A stretch of 64,000 nt of DNA, taken from Octopus vulgaris. Taxonomy: Eukaryota. Position numbers and translations under genes: made by a program. The first letter of the stretch is position 1. Each line of letters begins with the position of its first letter. The stretch spans positions 139,004,001 through 139,068,000 of the forward strand of contig OX597815.1 of assembly GCA_951406725.2 (NCBI GenBank), given 5' to 3'. Of this stretch, positions 12,550 to 26,760 are shown piece by piece. The notes under the pieces are model-generated. The model worked only from the letters and a program-made list of their open reading frames with translations. It was not told where the DNA came from and ran no database searches.

Positions 12550-13731
12550 TGTTGTCTCCTTGGTAATCTCAACATACTACAACAAAACCATTTGATCAAA
12601 TCATGTCACCGCGTCAAATAATCATTTTTGTAACGATAATACACCTCCCTGATTTTGAGCAGAAATGCATTTCTCTTCGAAACTGTATACTCCTTATTTA
12701 TAAATTTGTAGCGTTACTATCCATATTTCCTTACTAGTTACAGCGTTTATTTTAGAATAACTATTCTCTGGGCTAAGCCGATCGTATCTAGATTATCTTT
12801 GCCATCATTTCAATCAATTTTGTATGATAATGACATTTTTCTTCCCGCATGTTCAAAGTAGATCAAGGATCATGGAAATTATGTTGTAACTAACAAACAT
12901 CATTAAAATCATCAAAGTGGAATCAGAAAGGTTAATTCAGATTTATTTTTTGTGACCAGAAAGGTTCGGAGATCGTTACATGTGTTTAAATTTTACATAT
13001 ACATATACATATGAAGACATGAAAGTGGATTAAGCGACTATGTTCACAAATTTCTTCATGTGGATGTATGAATATATCTATATTTTAATAAACAATGAAA
13101 ACAGCTTTACGAGTAATGTGTAATGTTTTCTTTTTTAAACATTTATCTGGATATCCTTTATATAGCAATGAAAGGATATTTATGAAAAATACGCATGCAG
13201 ACAGGAACTCACAAATACATGCACACTCGTACACACACACGCACACAGACACACGCAAACATATACATACATTAGCTGATACAATAATGCATATGTATCT
13301 ATGCTTTCTTTTACATATAATTTCACATATGCCAGGCAATGTTATATCCTTCTTTTCATAATGGTACTTCAAAATACAGTATTGCATATTAGTTACGTAG
13401 CAAATGTTACAAGGACGCACATCTACGTGGGATAAAATGTATATTAAAATTAATAGATCTAAACTTGCATTTAGTCTCGTTGGTGCACATAGATTTAGTA
13501 TATACTCTGCTACTAGTATTTAACAAACTACATATCACATATTTTCTAAAAAATTGCACGAATTCAACTCGAATCATATTTTTCCTTATGTTACCTCTTT
13601 TCATTCTTTTATACTTTTACTTTCTAATAACCGAATATGTTCTGTATTTTCTATTAACTTCTTCTCCCATTTAATTTTCTACTGCGTATATAGCACGTTT
13701 ATTCAACAACTTCAAACACTGTTGTAGTAGT

Positions 13732-13776
<45 letters not shown>

Positions 13777-15277
13777 CGTGTATGTCTATAAATAAGTAAA
13801 CTAAATAATTATACAAATGATGTCACGTACAATTATTGAAGAGAACATCAAATATATTCATGTGCATGTGTGTATATGCATGTATGTGTGTGCGTGCGTT
13901 CGTACATTCATGTTTATCTCCGTGTGTGTCTTTATAGCGTATGATCGATTCAGGAAGTGCTAAAAAAAATATATTCAAATTTCATTTGTTTAAAATATTC
14001 TGACAAAATATTCCCTATCCAATAATCCATTCTCTAGTGAGTTTATCCAATAAATAACCAGTATTAATATTGATTGTCTCCCTCGGTTTTTCTTTAGCAA
14101 TTGTCAATGATTTGTATGCAGTTACCGACCACTCGTGACCAGAAAGTGTAGTAACCAAATTTGCTAGAGTATTGTATTCCTAAATGCAAGTTGGTAGTCA
14201 GTTTTTAAGCTTATTCTGGATAGTTGTATTGATATAAACGATATATTTAGTTATGCTAGCCACAAACACCACATTCGGTGAAAACAAACTGTTATTTCTT
14301 TTCTTTGATGCTGTACACTTCTCGTTTCTTTTTGTTTGTTACAGATTATTTTTCCGGCGTTGAATTCTGTATCACAAGGTTATCTCAGTAGACCTCAAGT
14401 GTATCTAATGTATATTTGCTTGAATGTGAGTTCTTGCAGTTCTCTCTGTATTTTTCTAAATATTTCTGAATAGGTATACATGTTATGAATATATATTTTA
14501 TTTATGTGTGTATGCATCATTGTACACGGAAATAAACTAGTTAACTTTTTCTATTCCAGGTTTCGTAGATGTCCATCATTCCATTTCGTGGGAGTAATTG
14601 CAAATTCAGACAATCGGTTGAAGCAAAGTATATATGAAGAATTCACATAGGCAGTGACCATAGACAATACGCCCAATGACCACTATCAAATGTTGTCCTG
14701 TAACTGCGAAACAGTCATATTGTATTGAACTCTGTATCTCAGACAACACACAAACACATACATATATACACATATACATACATACATACATACATACATA
14801 CATACATACATACATACATACATACATGCATACATACATGCATACATACATACATACATACATACATACATACATACATACATACATACATACATACATA
14901 CATACATACATACATACATAAGCGTGAGTGAGTGTGAGTGAGTGTGAGTGACCTGTATCCATCCAGAATACGAAATATTTAGTACATATTAGTTTGAAAG
15001 AAGGAGATACTATATACATTAGAACTATAGGTATTCATACTGAAATATTTATGCACACATTATTCATATACCAGGCTCAACAGAACTTCTTCCTTACCCT
15101 AATGCAATAATCGATTAAGATGAAATAAGCCGATAAAAGATTTAGAAACTAGAATTGTGATCGGGTTCAAGATAGGCGCCTTGATAAGGGACCACTTGGT
15201 GTTACGGGTTTAATCCTTGAAAAGTATAGATCTTGTCAACTGTAGTAGGGGAGATCAGATAGTACAACTTTCATACG

Positions 15278-18200
15278 TGTTATGCAAATAAAAAGCATGG
15301 GCATTTGACAGGAAGAAGAAGAGGGAGAACAGCTATTCGGAATAAAGTACAGGACTATGACAAAAAATTAGTTTCTTTGAAACAAGAAATACACAATTGG
15401 GAAAAGTTGCAGAGCAGTCCATTGAGAAAGAAATTTGTGAAAAGACGTGAACGATATGGAAAGATACTTGAAACCTGACAGATTGAATGTAGACCCAAAT
15501 TCTACAAATGCTGATAAAACTTTTAATCACTGGTTTAGAACTTTCACCAACTTTATATACTCACTACCAGGGCAGGAAGATAGGATTATCGATAAACTCA
15601 ATCTTTTGATTAATTATTTGGAACTGAACGTATACGAATTCATCAGTGAAGCTAAGAACTATGATCAAGCTGTGAATACACTAAAGAGTGTGTGCATTAA
15701 ACCAAGGAACATCGTAATGGCACGCCATCTTTTAGCCACAAGAAAACAGAAAGCAGGGGAATCTCTAGACCAGTTCTTAAACAATCTCAAAATATTAGCG
15801 AAAGACTGTGACTTTGTTGCAGTGAGTGCTGAGCAGTACCCGTCTGAAATGATTCGAGATGCATTTATAAATGGGCTCACTTCGAATCAAATACGACAAA
15901 GACTATTAGAAAACAAAAGTGTCGACCTCAGTACTTTTGATGTGGCGCAATAGAGTTCCAGTGTCTTTCTAAACTCTGAGGGTGCCAACTTCAGTCCAAC
16001 TGCACCAATTGTAGCTAAGCCAACAGATTCCCCAAAGCAGGAACGAAAACACTCTACCGCGACCCGAAATGGAGACTCCTTTCAATGTTGGTTTTTGCGG
16101 CTATTCCAGACACTCGCAGACTCACCGCCCTGCGTGGAAAGCAGTCTGTCACAAATGCTAAAAGAAACTATGTAGGAGCAACGTAGCAACTGTAACACAG
16201 GACGATGGTAAATATGATTTTCCATTGGCAGTATCAGCATCAGCAGGTTCACCCTTCCGAGTAATCTCCATGGCTATACTGAACAATAGCTATAAAGCCG
16301 AAACCTTCATAGCGGTAGCACTGACAAGAGCTTCATCAGTGAGAAGCTAGTGAACACTCAACATCAAGACGGTCAAATTGAAGAACGTCATTGGTATGGC
16401 TTCTGCATCTCTTTCTGTGGAATCCAATGGATAATGCGCTGTTTCACTAACCTTGAATAATCAGAAATACTGCCATGTGAAACTGTACGTGCTCATAAAC
16501 TTGTACACTGGCCTAATTCTGGGCACTGACTTCCAAGAATTGCAAGAAAGTATTACCATATGATATGGAGAACAGAGACTACCATTAACATTTACTGCGC
16601 TAACAGCTATGAAAACTGATCCCCCAAAGCTATTCGCTCATCTCAGAGAGGAATGTAAACCTATTGCAACCAAATCGCGAAAATACTCGGAACGTGATCG
16701 AGAGTTCACCAGGACAGAAGTACGCCGCTTAGCAGCTGCGAACATTATTGAACCTAGTAACTCCCCTTGGAGATCGCAAGTGTTAGCTGTTCAAGAAAAA
16801 AAAATCGAAGAATGGTTATTGACTACTCAGAGACGATTAACAGATATACACAGCTTGATGCCTACCTGCTTCCTAAAATTGATGTGTTAGTGAACACTAT
16901 CGCCAAAGAAAGACAGTTAATTTACTGCCTTTGAAGCTGATGGTAAATTATGGCATTATACTAGGATTCTATTCGGAGTAACTAACGGCAGCGCAGGTTT
17001 CCAACGTAAAATGGACGACTTCGTGAGTAAATATAAGCTGCGAGGTACGTTCCCATTCATAGAAAATTGAAGCATACGTGGGAAATATCAAAGTGAGCAC
17101 GATAAAAATTTGAAATGGCAGCAAAAAGTGAAGGGCTTACCATGAATGAAGACAAATGCGTTTACTCAACAACAGTGCTTGACTTTCTTGGATACCGTAT
17201 CTCACACAATATCCTCAGCCCTGACCCAGAAAGGCTTGATTCACTCCTCAATCTTCGTACAGCAACTGACCAGAAAGCATTAAAACGTATAGTCGGTATG
17301 TTTTCTTATGCTAAGTGGATCTCCAAATTTTATGACAAAATATATTCTCTAAATAACGTATCAAATTTCCTCTAAACAGCCAACAAGTAAAAGCATTTGA
17401 GTCATTAAAGGTAGAACTAGCCAATGCAACCATTCAAGTAGTAGATGAGAACATTCCATTTACTGTTGAGCCGGTTCGTTCGGATGTTGCCATATCTGCA
17501 ACACTAAATCAAGATGGAAGACCAGTTGCATTCCAGTCTCGCACGTTGCAAGGTAGCGAACAGTACAAATAATCATTTGAAAAGGAAGCCCAAGAAATTA
17601 TCGAATCAATTCATCATTGGAGACACTTTCTTCTAGGTAGGCATTTTACATTAATTACTGATCAACGTTCAGATGCATTCATATATAATTATATAGTGAC
17701 GAGCAAAAATTAAAACTGATAAAATTATGAGATGGCGCAATGCGTTATCTCATATGATATTCACTATCGCCCAGGATCCAGTAACATCGCTTCTGAAGCA
17801 TTCACAGGGTACGCTGTTCAGCAATTAGTTCACATTCACTTTATGAGTTACATGCAGCACTGTGCCGTCCTGGTATAGTACGCCTTCATCATTTCGTCCG
17901 CAGTAGAAATATTCCATATTCGTTAGAGAACATGAAACAAATATGTAGGAATTGCTCTATATATTAAGAAGTGAAACCACAATATTATAAACCAGAGTCA
18001 GTTAATTAAGGCCATACAACCCTTCGAGCGAATTTCCATCGATTTCAAAGGTCCGATTTCACGAAGCATCCTTATCTCCTAACAATAGTTGTCGAATACT
18101 CTTGGTTTCCGTGTGGTTATCCAGTATTTGACACATCAGCTAAGACTCTTATAAAGTGTCATACAGACTTGTTCTCAGCTTTTGGTATGCCCAGTTATGT

Positions 18201-18993
18201 ATATTCAGATCGTGGAACAGCCTTTATGTCTACAAGATTGAGAGAATGGCTTTCAACGAATAGGACGACACCATACAATCCCACTAGGAACAGTCAAGTA
18301 GAAAGATATAATGGTATTATTTGGAAGTCAGCACTAATCTCTTTGAAAACCCGTGCCCTTCCAGTATCTTCATGGGAAACAGTTCTCCGAGACGGGTTGC
18401 ATTCTATCAGATCTCTACTTTGTACACCCTCTAACGCCACTACTCACGAACGTTTTAACTATCAAAGACATTCAGCAACAGGAACATCTATGCCAACATG
18501 GCTTCTTAACCCAGGACCTGCGCCTCTTCAAAGGAACACTTGTACTAACAAGTATGACTCTATCGTGGACCAAATTGATTTAATCGAAGCCAAACCCCAA
18601 TACGCTCACGTTCGTTACCCAGACGGTTGCTAAGCCACAGTATCCACAAAACAATTGGCATCACCAGAGAAGATTAACCCAGACATTTGTCCCTCAAGAG
18701 CCAGATAGGGAACCAACTGAAATTTCTCCTCTTGCTAGAGATAAACGTCGAGACAAAAAGAATCACCTCAGCTGCGTCGATCACAAAGAATTCGGGAAGC
18801 CCCGTAGAGGCTTGATCTATGATTTTTCGTTCTTTATCTATGAGTGAGTGAATATTATGCAAATAACGTTGATATAAAGAGCATGCGCATTTGACAGGAA
18901 GAGGAAGAGAGAGAACGGGCATTCGGAATAACGTACAGGACTATGACTAAGAACTAGTTTCTTTGAAGCAGGATTCACTGGTCATACATTACA
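15278..18993 (+). mobile_element. Full-length decayed Ty3/Gypsy LTR retrotransposon (gag-PR-RT-RH-INT) with short LTRs 15278-~15395 and 18853-18993
   Basis: TSD ATACG at 15273-15277 and 18994-18998. 5' LTR starts TG and 3' LTR ends CA. Gag ORF 15447-15953, PR remnant SGSTDKSFIS ~16315, RT (PSNSPWRSQVL; FGVTNGSAGFQRKMD), RNase H (GRPVAFQSRTL; WRHFLLGRHFTLITDQRS), INT (ISIDFKGP; SDRGTAF; QVERYNG). Many stops and frameshifts. Confidence 0.93.
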
Positions 18994-19756
18994 ATACGGT
19001 TAGCAAGAGTGAAAAATATGCGACTTTCGAGAGCTGGGAACTCTGAATAGTCTCTGTTATTCATGTATATGATTTCACCGCTACTGAGAGGATAATATAA
19101 ACAAAGGTAATGGGCTTCTAAGAAAGAAGATGTATATGTCATATTATTTTTTGAAGGTCAAAGAGAAATAAATTCATGCAACTGCTAAATAATTTTTATG
19201 CTTCAATATTTTGCAAAGACTTTATTTTCGCAAATAATGCCATGCAATATTAAAATGCTTTCTGAAAGATATTGAAATTTACTGAACTGTACATTTTGTA
19301 ATGAACATTGTGTGTATACATATATATATATATGTATATATACATACATACATACATAAATACATGCATATATACATACATATATATATATCTATATATA
19401 TATATGTATTTGTATGTGTGTATGTACACATACATACGCGCGCACACACACACATATGAAACTATATATATATATATATGTATATATATATACATGTATA
19501 TATACAGTACATACACACACACATACATACATACATATATACATACATACATTCATACATACATGCATAAATGCATACGTACATCTGTACATACTCACAT
19601 ACAGAGAATGACTCTATTTCGCGTCTGACCGACTCTATCATCAGCCCCTATGTAATCTTCGTTTCAGTTCTTCCGGGTCGCTGAAATAAATTCAAGTCAA
19701 GTACTGAGGTCGATCTAATTAACTGAACCTACATCCGAAATATAATTTTATTTCTA

Positions 19757-19918
<162 letters not shown>

Positions 19919-20526
19919 CGGGTCTGCCCGTTCCATTGATTTTAAATTGATTTTTGAAGCAGAACTGTTTTATGTTTTAGCGAATGAATTTTATTATGAA
20001 AGAAGCCTAAAAACCGTGTGTCAGTTTTGCTATTATAGAACTTAACATGAAAAACAGGATTTATAAATACGCGGATGATTTATAAGTTTACTGCTATAAA
20101 TATCCCTAATGGTTTACGCTATGATTCAAATAAAGTCAATTATACGGTTTGATGCAATTTAGCAAAACACATTGAGTCAATAAATCAATTAGTTTCATTA
20201 TTCTAAAAGATGGAAGGTTCTTCAGAATAATTGTTTGGCACTTTACTCTTTAAAAGTCGCAACGGGAGAGTAAAAAAAAAATATTTCTAATATATTAATT
20301 CAATTATTACGTTTATGTATTAATGTATTTCTATGTGCTTGTGCGTTACGTAAAATTTCTTAACAATATGTTCCTGATTCAAAGGATAAATTCCCTATAT
20401 TTGATCCGTTAATGATCAGGTAAATTTAATATGTTTTGTTGCAATCATTTCAAGCACTTCATACATACATGCATACAGACATGTATATACACATAGATAT
20501 ATACATGAATGTGTATACGTACATTC

Positions 20527-20588
<62 letters not shown>

Positions 20589-20775
20589 AGAGGTTATGTA
20601 AGGGATAAAAATATCCGTAGGTACAATTGGTGATTTACCTCACTATGTATAGGCTTTGCTATAATGTTAACAGTAGTTGGTAATTTAAATGGTTAACTGC
20701 GAAACATATATACATACATACATACATACATACATATCATCACGCATACATAGAGAAATTAAATTTTACATATTC

Positions 20776-21092
20776 TGTGCTGAGACTCCCTTCGGTCATG
20801 ACTGACCATGGGATTGCACTTAGAAAGTTACCCTCCCAGGCACAAATTCGGGCAAGGTGGTTTATGGAAGACCAGCAGTCATACATGCATACCGGCTTCC
20901 CCTCTCCACGACACCAGTGTTATCCAAAGGAAAGGCAAAAGACGACACATCTTGTCACCTGAGATGTTGCAACTCATTTCTACAGCTGAGTGAACTGCTC
21001 AAGAACACAACACGCAGCTCGGTCCGGGATTCAAACTCACAACCTCACGATCGTAAGCTCGACGTTCTAACCACTGAGCCATGCGCCTTCAC
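20776..21092 (-). mobile_element. tRNA-derived SINE, family C
   Basis: Minus-strand head gtgaaggcgcatggctcagtggttagaacgtcgagcttacgatcgtgaggttgtgagtttgaatcccgg (A and B boxes) followed by ~250 bp of body. Confidence 0.8.
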
Positions 21093-21096
21093 TGTT

Positions 21097-21139
<43 letters not shown>

Positions 21140-21254
21140 CATATAGATATAGATATGTCTGTGTGTGTGTTGTGTGCGTGTATGTGCGCGCATCTATCTA
21201 TCTATCTACCTATCTTTATATATATATAATATATTTTTATACTATGTACATAGG

Positions 21255-21332
<78 letters not shown>

Positions 21333-21765
21333 CATATATATACACGTATATGTGTGTATGTGTGAGTGAATCGATATGCATATGTATCCGCCCACAGTCC
21401 ACGTCAATTGAATATTAATCCCGTATTGCGAGTCACATGCCAACCACACTGATTTTGAAGCAAGGCATAACTGCAATTTTATTCCGTCGTCAAATAATTG
21501 ATTATTATCCTTCTATCATTAGATTGTAGTTTGGTTTCATCTCATCATATTATAGTATTCCCTTATATTTTATAACTCTCATTATGGGTGTAGTTTTATT
21601 TTTTTCTTTTGTAATAATGCAGCTCGTTAACGAAAAATGATATTACCTTCATCGCGATTTCAATTATTACTCTGTTTTCTGTTTATTATCTATAATTAAT
21701 TATATTATGTGGTTTAGTATATCTTATAACTCGTCATATTAATTTTCACTGATTTATCATTATAC

Positions 21766-21820
<55 letters not shown>

Positions 21821-21920
21821 CATTCATACATATATACATATATATACATATACATATGTATATATATATATATAGATATATATATATATTTACATACATA
21901 AGTACATATATATATGTACA

Positions 21921-21956
<36 letters not shown>

Positions 21957-21989
21957 TATGTATATATATATATATTTACATACATAAGT

Positions 21990-22038
<49 letters not shown>

Positions 22039-22081
22039 TACACATAGATATCTGTAGATGAATATGCAAACATATATATAA

Positions 22082-22118
<37 letters not shown>

Positions 22119-22123
<5 letters not shown>

Positions 22124-22775
22124 AGAGACAAAACCACTATTTTGCAAAACAAACAAGGAAAGACTTAATCAATACATAAAATTTTAATAAAAAGTAAAAA
22201 AAAAACGCCACTACAATTGTTTCTTGTCTTGATCGACAATCTTCAGGTGGACTTTCAATCTAAAATATCAATATTTTAAAATATAAAAATAATAATTTTA
22301 AAATAATTAAAGTATTAATGAAAAAATATAAATATATAATCTATTTATAACCTATATATAATCCATATATAATCAATATATAAACAATATATAAACTAAA
22401 ATAAACCTATCAACAATTAAATATAAAATATAAAATATAAAATATAAAATATAAAACAAAACAAAAAATAAACTATATATACACCCATACACATATAACT
22501 AATTATATATAACCATATCTAAATACATACACTAAATCACACACCTATATATATATCCCTATACATACACATAAAAACAAGACAGAAACAATTGTAGTGG
22601 CGGTTTCTTTGACTTTTTATTAAAATTTTATGTATTGATTAAGTCTTTCCTTGTTTGTTTTGCAAAATAGTGGTTTTGTCTCTAATAACATTATATAATA
22701 TTTTACTATAAAATTGGATTTAATCCTAAATCTGATTTTTCCCTGTAAATTTGGATTTATTCCCTAATATTTATT
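22119..22775. mobile_element. Short non-coding PLE derivative with inverted arms (22119-~22230 and ~22577-22688) in a (TA)n tract
   Basis: ttattagagacaaaaccactattttgcaaaac… is the reverse complement of …gttttgcaaaatagtggttttgtctctaataa. The left arm includes a full HHR and the right arm only its 3' half. Confidence 0.8.
22208..22250 (-). ncRNA. Compact type I hammerhead ribozyme
   Basis: CCAC-CUGAAGA-UUGUC-GAUCAA-GACAA-GAAAC-AAUU-GUA-GUGG: all stems Watson-Crick, core perfect, palindromic stem III. Confidence 0.9.
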
Positions 22776-23020
22776 ATATATATATATATATATATATACG
22801 CAGACATTTATGTATATATATATATAGATATATACACATATACAGCTATGTATATGTATATGTATATATATTTTTACTGCTTATAATCTATAATTAATTA
22901 TATTATGTAGTTTAGTATATTTTATATCTCGTTATATTAATTTACATTGATTTATCGTTTTATATACGTACATATATACATACATACATACACACATACA
23001 TACATACATACATATATACG

Positions 23021-23101
<81 letters not shown>

Positions 23102-23314
23102 GTAAGTTGTTTTTTTTTGTGTATACGCATATATTTACAGAGTGTTCGGACTAAATTTAACAGAAAAAACTCGCACAATGTCTCATTCAGAAAATAGATT
23201 ATTTTTAGAAAATCAATACATATCAAGTACATTATTGTTATGATATAATAATTTACTCAAAGTAACCGTCCCTAGCTTCTACCTCAGCCTCGAGACAGTT
23301 CCAGAACCGGGAAC

Positions 23315-23870
23315 ATGCGTATTTCGATCTGTTTATTGACTGTTTTAATTAGGATGTCAAGCAAAGGAAGTTGTTTTATGCTGTATTATATGGTGAAGTG
23401 TATGTTGCTATTGGTATTGTTGAGCATTATTGTGAAATCGAGGTATTTGTCCTTGCTATTGTTCCAAAGTATAAAACAATCATCTAAGTATCTGTTCCAG
23501 TTCTCTTTTAAGTAGCAATAAAATGAGGTACCATATTTTTGATGTGATAATTGGTATATTTTAAGCTCTAGTCGAAATAACTGGAGTAGCCCGAGTTCCT
23601 ATTGCAATTCCACATTTTTGTCGATAGTAAATTATATCGAACATAAAGTAGTGAATTTCAGTGCTGTGATTATGATGTTGTGGGTGATGCCTCCTGAGAT
23701 CTCTTCTGGGTATTTTCTAGTCAGAAAGTGATTGCTTTTTACCGTAATCGTATGAGATATTGGTGTACATGTTCACCACATCGGATGATTCTAATAGGGT
23801 TCATTCATTTATTATTTCCGGGAGGTGTTAAGCTTATCTAAATCATCCCTGATGAAGCTACTGACAAATG
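23315..23870 (-). pseudogene. PLE reverse transcriptase fragment
   Basis: Minus-strand SSFIRDDLD, SSDVVNMYTNI, YYRQKCGIAIGTRATP and NWNRYLDDCFILWN. A plus-strand HHR 3'-half remnant (gacgaaaccggta) lies at ~24028-24040. Confidence 0.85.
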
Positions 23871-24755
23871 ATCACACTAATCCTCATACATCCGATATAC
23901 TATCATACTCTATTAATCATATTAACCTAATTGCATCACATTCAGAAGTGCTTACCTCCCTTGCATGCAAACTTTTCACTTAGGTACTATTAGACCCAAC
24001 ACCGTTTGGAAGAAAGTGAACAGCGATGACGAAACCGGTATGACTTTCTATATTGATTCTTGATAATGATTTTTATACTTCTTAATTCCACATCAAATCC
24101 TTTATTTGTTTGTATATATCTTTGTTTTTATAAAAACGCCATTACTTTTATACCTAGTGGTGTATTTTCTTTGTTGTTTTTTTTACTCCCCTCATATATA
24201 TCTATCTATCTGTATATATATATATATTATAATTTATGCATAAATGCCTTGCAAACTATGCAAATGGTTACCGTAACAAAACTTTAAGAGACTGGAAGGC
24301 TGTATTGCGAAGGTTTTAGGTGAGCATTAAGTCACAGCGGCTAAGAGACTCCCATTTGATTCATGCTTGTATATAATTTAAAATCCAGTGCTATCACTGA
24401 AATTATATTAAGAAGAATATTTTTTTGCTTTATATATCAAGAATTTATTGGTAAAAGTGGAAAAAATGATTAGTAAAGGAAATATAAAATATAATGCATT
24501 TGAATAATTTTTATATGTGACTTCAAACATCATAGAAGATTTTCACTGAAATAGTATACCAATTTTGATGTTTGTTGATATGCAAGTAGAAAAAGAGGTA
24601 CAAAAACACTTTGTAATTCAGAATTCCTTTATGCATTTTCAATAAACAAAAATAGAAGACTACAAAAATGTATTTCTTTTAGATGTTACAACTGTGGGTC
24701 GTTCTATGAATACAAACGAAATCTACAGAGAGAAAATGAATATTTCGTGACTAAA

Positions 24756-24808
<53 letters not shown>

Positions 24809-24980
24809 TTTTACAACAGAAGTTATAATATTTATTGACGCAGTTCACTGCATTCACAGCTCATAAATTTTAATTTGGCAGGCAGTGATATATTATTGTT
24901 AGATTCTCTTCATTCACACAGCAACAAACTAGCAAACCAAACGTGCTTTTCGTTTGAGCCAGGCAAATTTATAGTCTTAC

Positions 24981-25029
24981 GAATTATAGATATCAATACC
25001 AGCATATCGAAGTAAAAGAAAAGTGGCAT
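24981..25029 (-). CDS. Candidate first coding exon encoding a signal-peptide-like MPLFFYFDMLVLISII
   Basis: AAAAATG context, hydrophobic run, phase-1 donor C|gtaaga at 24980, ETS-like motifs ~65-80 bp upstream. Phase-compatible with exon 354-477. No expression evidence. Confidence 0.35.
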
Positions 25030-25089
25030 TTTTTTTTTCGCTTTTGTATCCTCTAAGAGCGACAGAAAAGTAAAAGAGTTTTATGCTAA

Positions 25090-25122
25090 TCTTTCCGGAA
25101 GCGAAATAAACATGTCCGGAAA
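25090..25122. promoter_or_regulatory. Pair of ETS-like CCGGAA motifs, possible core promoter
   Basis: ttccggaagcg and tgtccggaaa in otherwise CpG-poor DNA, directly upstream of the candidate exon. Confidence 0.3.
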
Positions 25123-26657
25123 ATATATTTTTGTTTATAGCATTTCTCACATGATATAAAATAGAATATGAATAAAATAGTTACCCTTTAAGAACTCTGC
25201 CGAAGCATATAGCTTAGTAGTAAATTTAATCCTTAAATATATGAGTCATTGAGATTTTACAATATAAAGCACATCCATTAACATCTAAAAACGAAATACA
25301 TTTTATGTTTTACGCATATAATTTCCTATTTTTAATAGTCCTACATCTTTCTAAGTGAACACTAAGATTGGCATGTGCCATTACATCAGTAGCAGTTCAT
25401 TGTTTATACTTAAATATTTATACTCTTTTTACCTGTAATATACACTGTTTTGGTTTATCAATTTCATTCTCAACATAATGAAAATCTATAGAAGTGTTGC
25501 TGCTTTTGCAAAAAATGAATAATAAAAAAATATATTTTGCAGTTTAATTACTATGGTCAAATAAATATATCCATTTTCAGTCTTCCATCAAAACATTCTC
25601 AAGGTTTGTGTACAAACAGTTTATTCTCTTTAAGTTTATCGTATATTTCTTTTTATATTGTCTTATATAGTGTCAGTTTTAGTTATTTTATTCTTAATGG
25701 TTTGCAGTAAAAGAAATAAATTGGTGTCTCCTGAAGAAAGAAAGATTGTTTAACTTTATATTATAGTGTCATAGTTTTAGAACCACCAGAGAAAACTAAA
25801 GTGTAAATAAATAGTTATTGGAGGCTGTTCAGATGCGAAAACAATTTTTGGTAATAAAGAGTTCAGATTATAAAAATATATATGAAATAAAGGTAGGGTA
25901 TAACTAATCTTTACCACACATGAAGCAGAATTTTTGTACACGTCAGGTAGAAATCTATTCAAACGAACTGAGAGAAAGTTTATAAACTATTAATAATCTG
26001 TAATTATGCTTGTCACCTTATAGAGATAGTATCTTAGAAATGTGCTTCCTGAACCCTACTTGATTAATGCGCGAAAGCATTTTCAACTTTTCTCTCGTTT
26101 CTTTATTGTTTTAAATCCAGTTTGTGTGGTATAGAACATTTACGTATGCGGCAGGAAAATCAAGACAGATGTGACCAGGCATGTGGGTCTTAACTGAGTT
26201 TATAGAAGGTCAAAGACTGGTTAAGTTTACACAATATTATACTGGACCGAAGATGGTCTCCTAGTGTTTGTTGCTCAGTTTTACCAATATTATCTATGTG
26301 AATTCCTTTCAGAGGTGGCAAGTAAAGATGAAGTACAAGACTGTCTTTCGTGTATGTAGTGACTGCATGTAGGAAATTAAAAAAATATGTATATTGAAGT
26401 AATATTAAAATAATGTTATATTGATATTGAAAATATGACTGGTATACAGTTTGGAATTTATAACCACGTATCAATATGTCATTTATCAGTTCGAAGTATC
26501 GATTATAGTCAACGGCTTCCTTTTGAATGGATTAATTCTCAGTTCACAGTCACACATCATTATGTTATTAATATATCATCCAAGTCATTAACTCCTGGCG
26601 TTAATTCTCAGGTTTCATAATAAAATGTACTTTAAATTGTTTATGTATATACATACA

Positions 26658-26760
<103 letters not shown>

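Noticed and set aside
14560-14700. Possible exon (plus-strand acceptor tttctattccag, or minus-strand …DSGHWAYCLWSLPM*)
   Set aside because: Readings on the two strands conflict, all are short and end in stops, and there is no supporting homology.
19601-19655. Minus-strand CUGAUGA…GAAA hammerhead-like string
   Set aside because: There are extra nucleotides before stem II and no convincing stem III or stem I. At best a decayed remnant.
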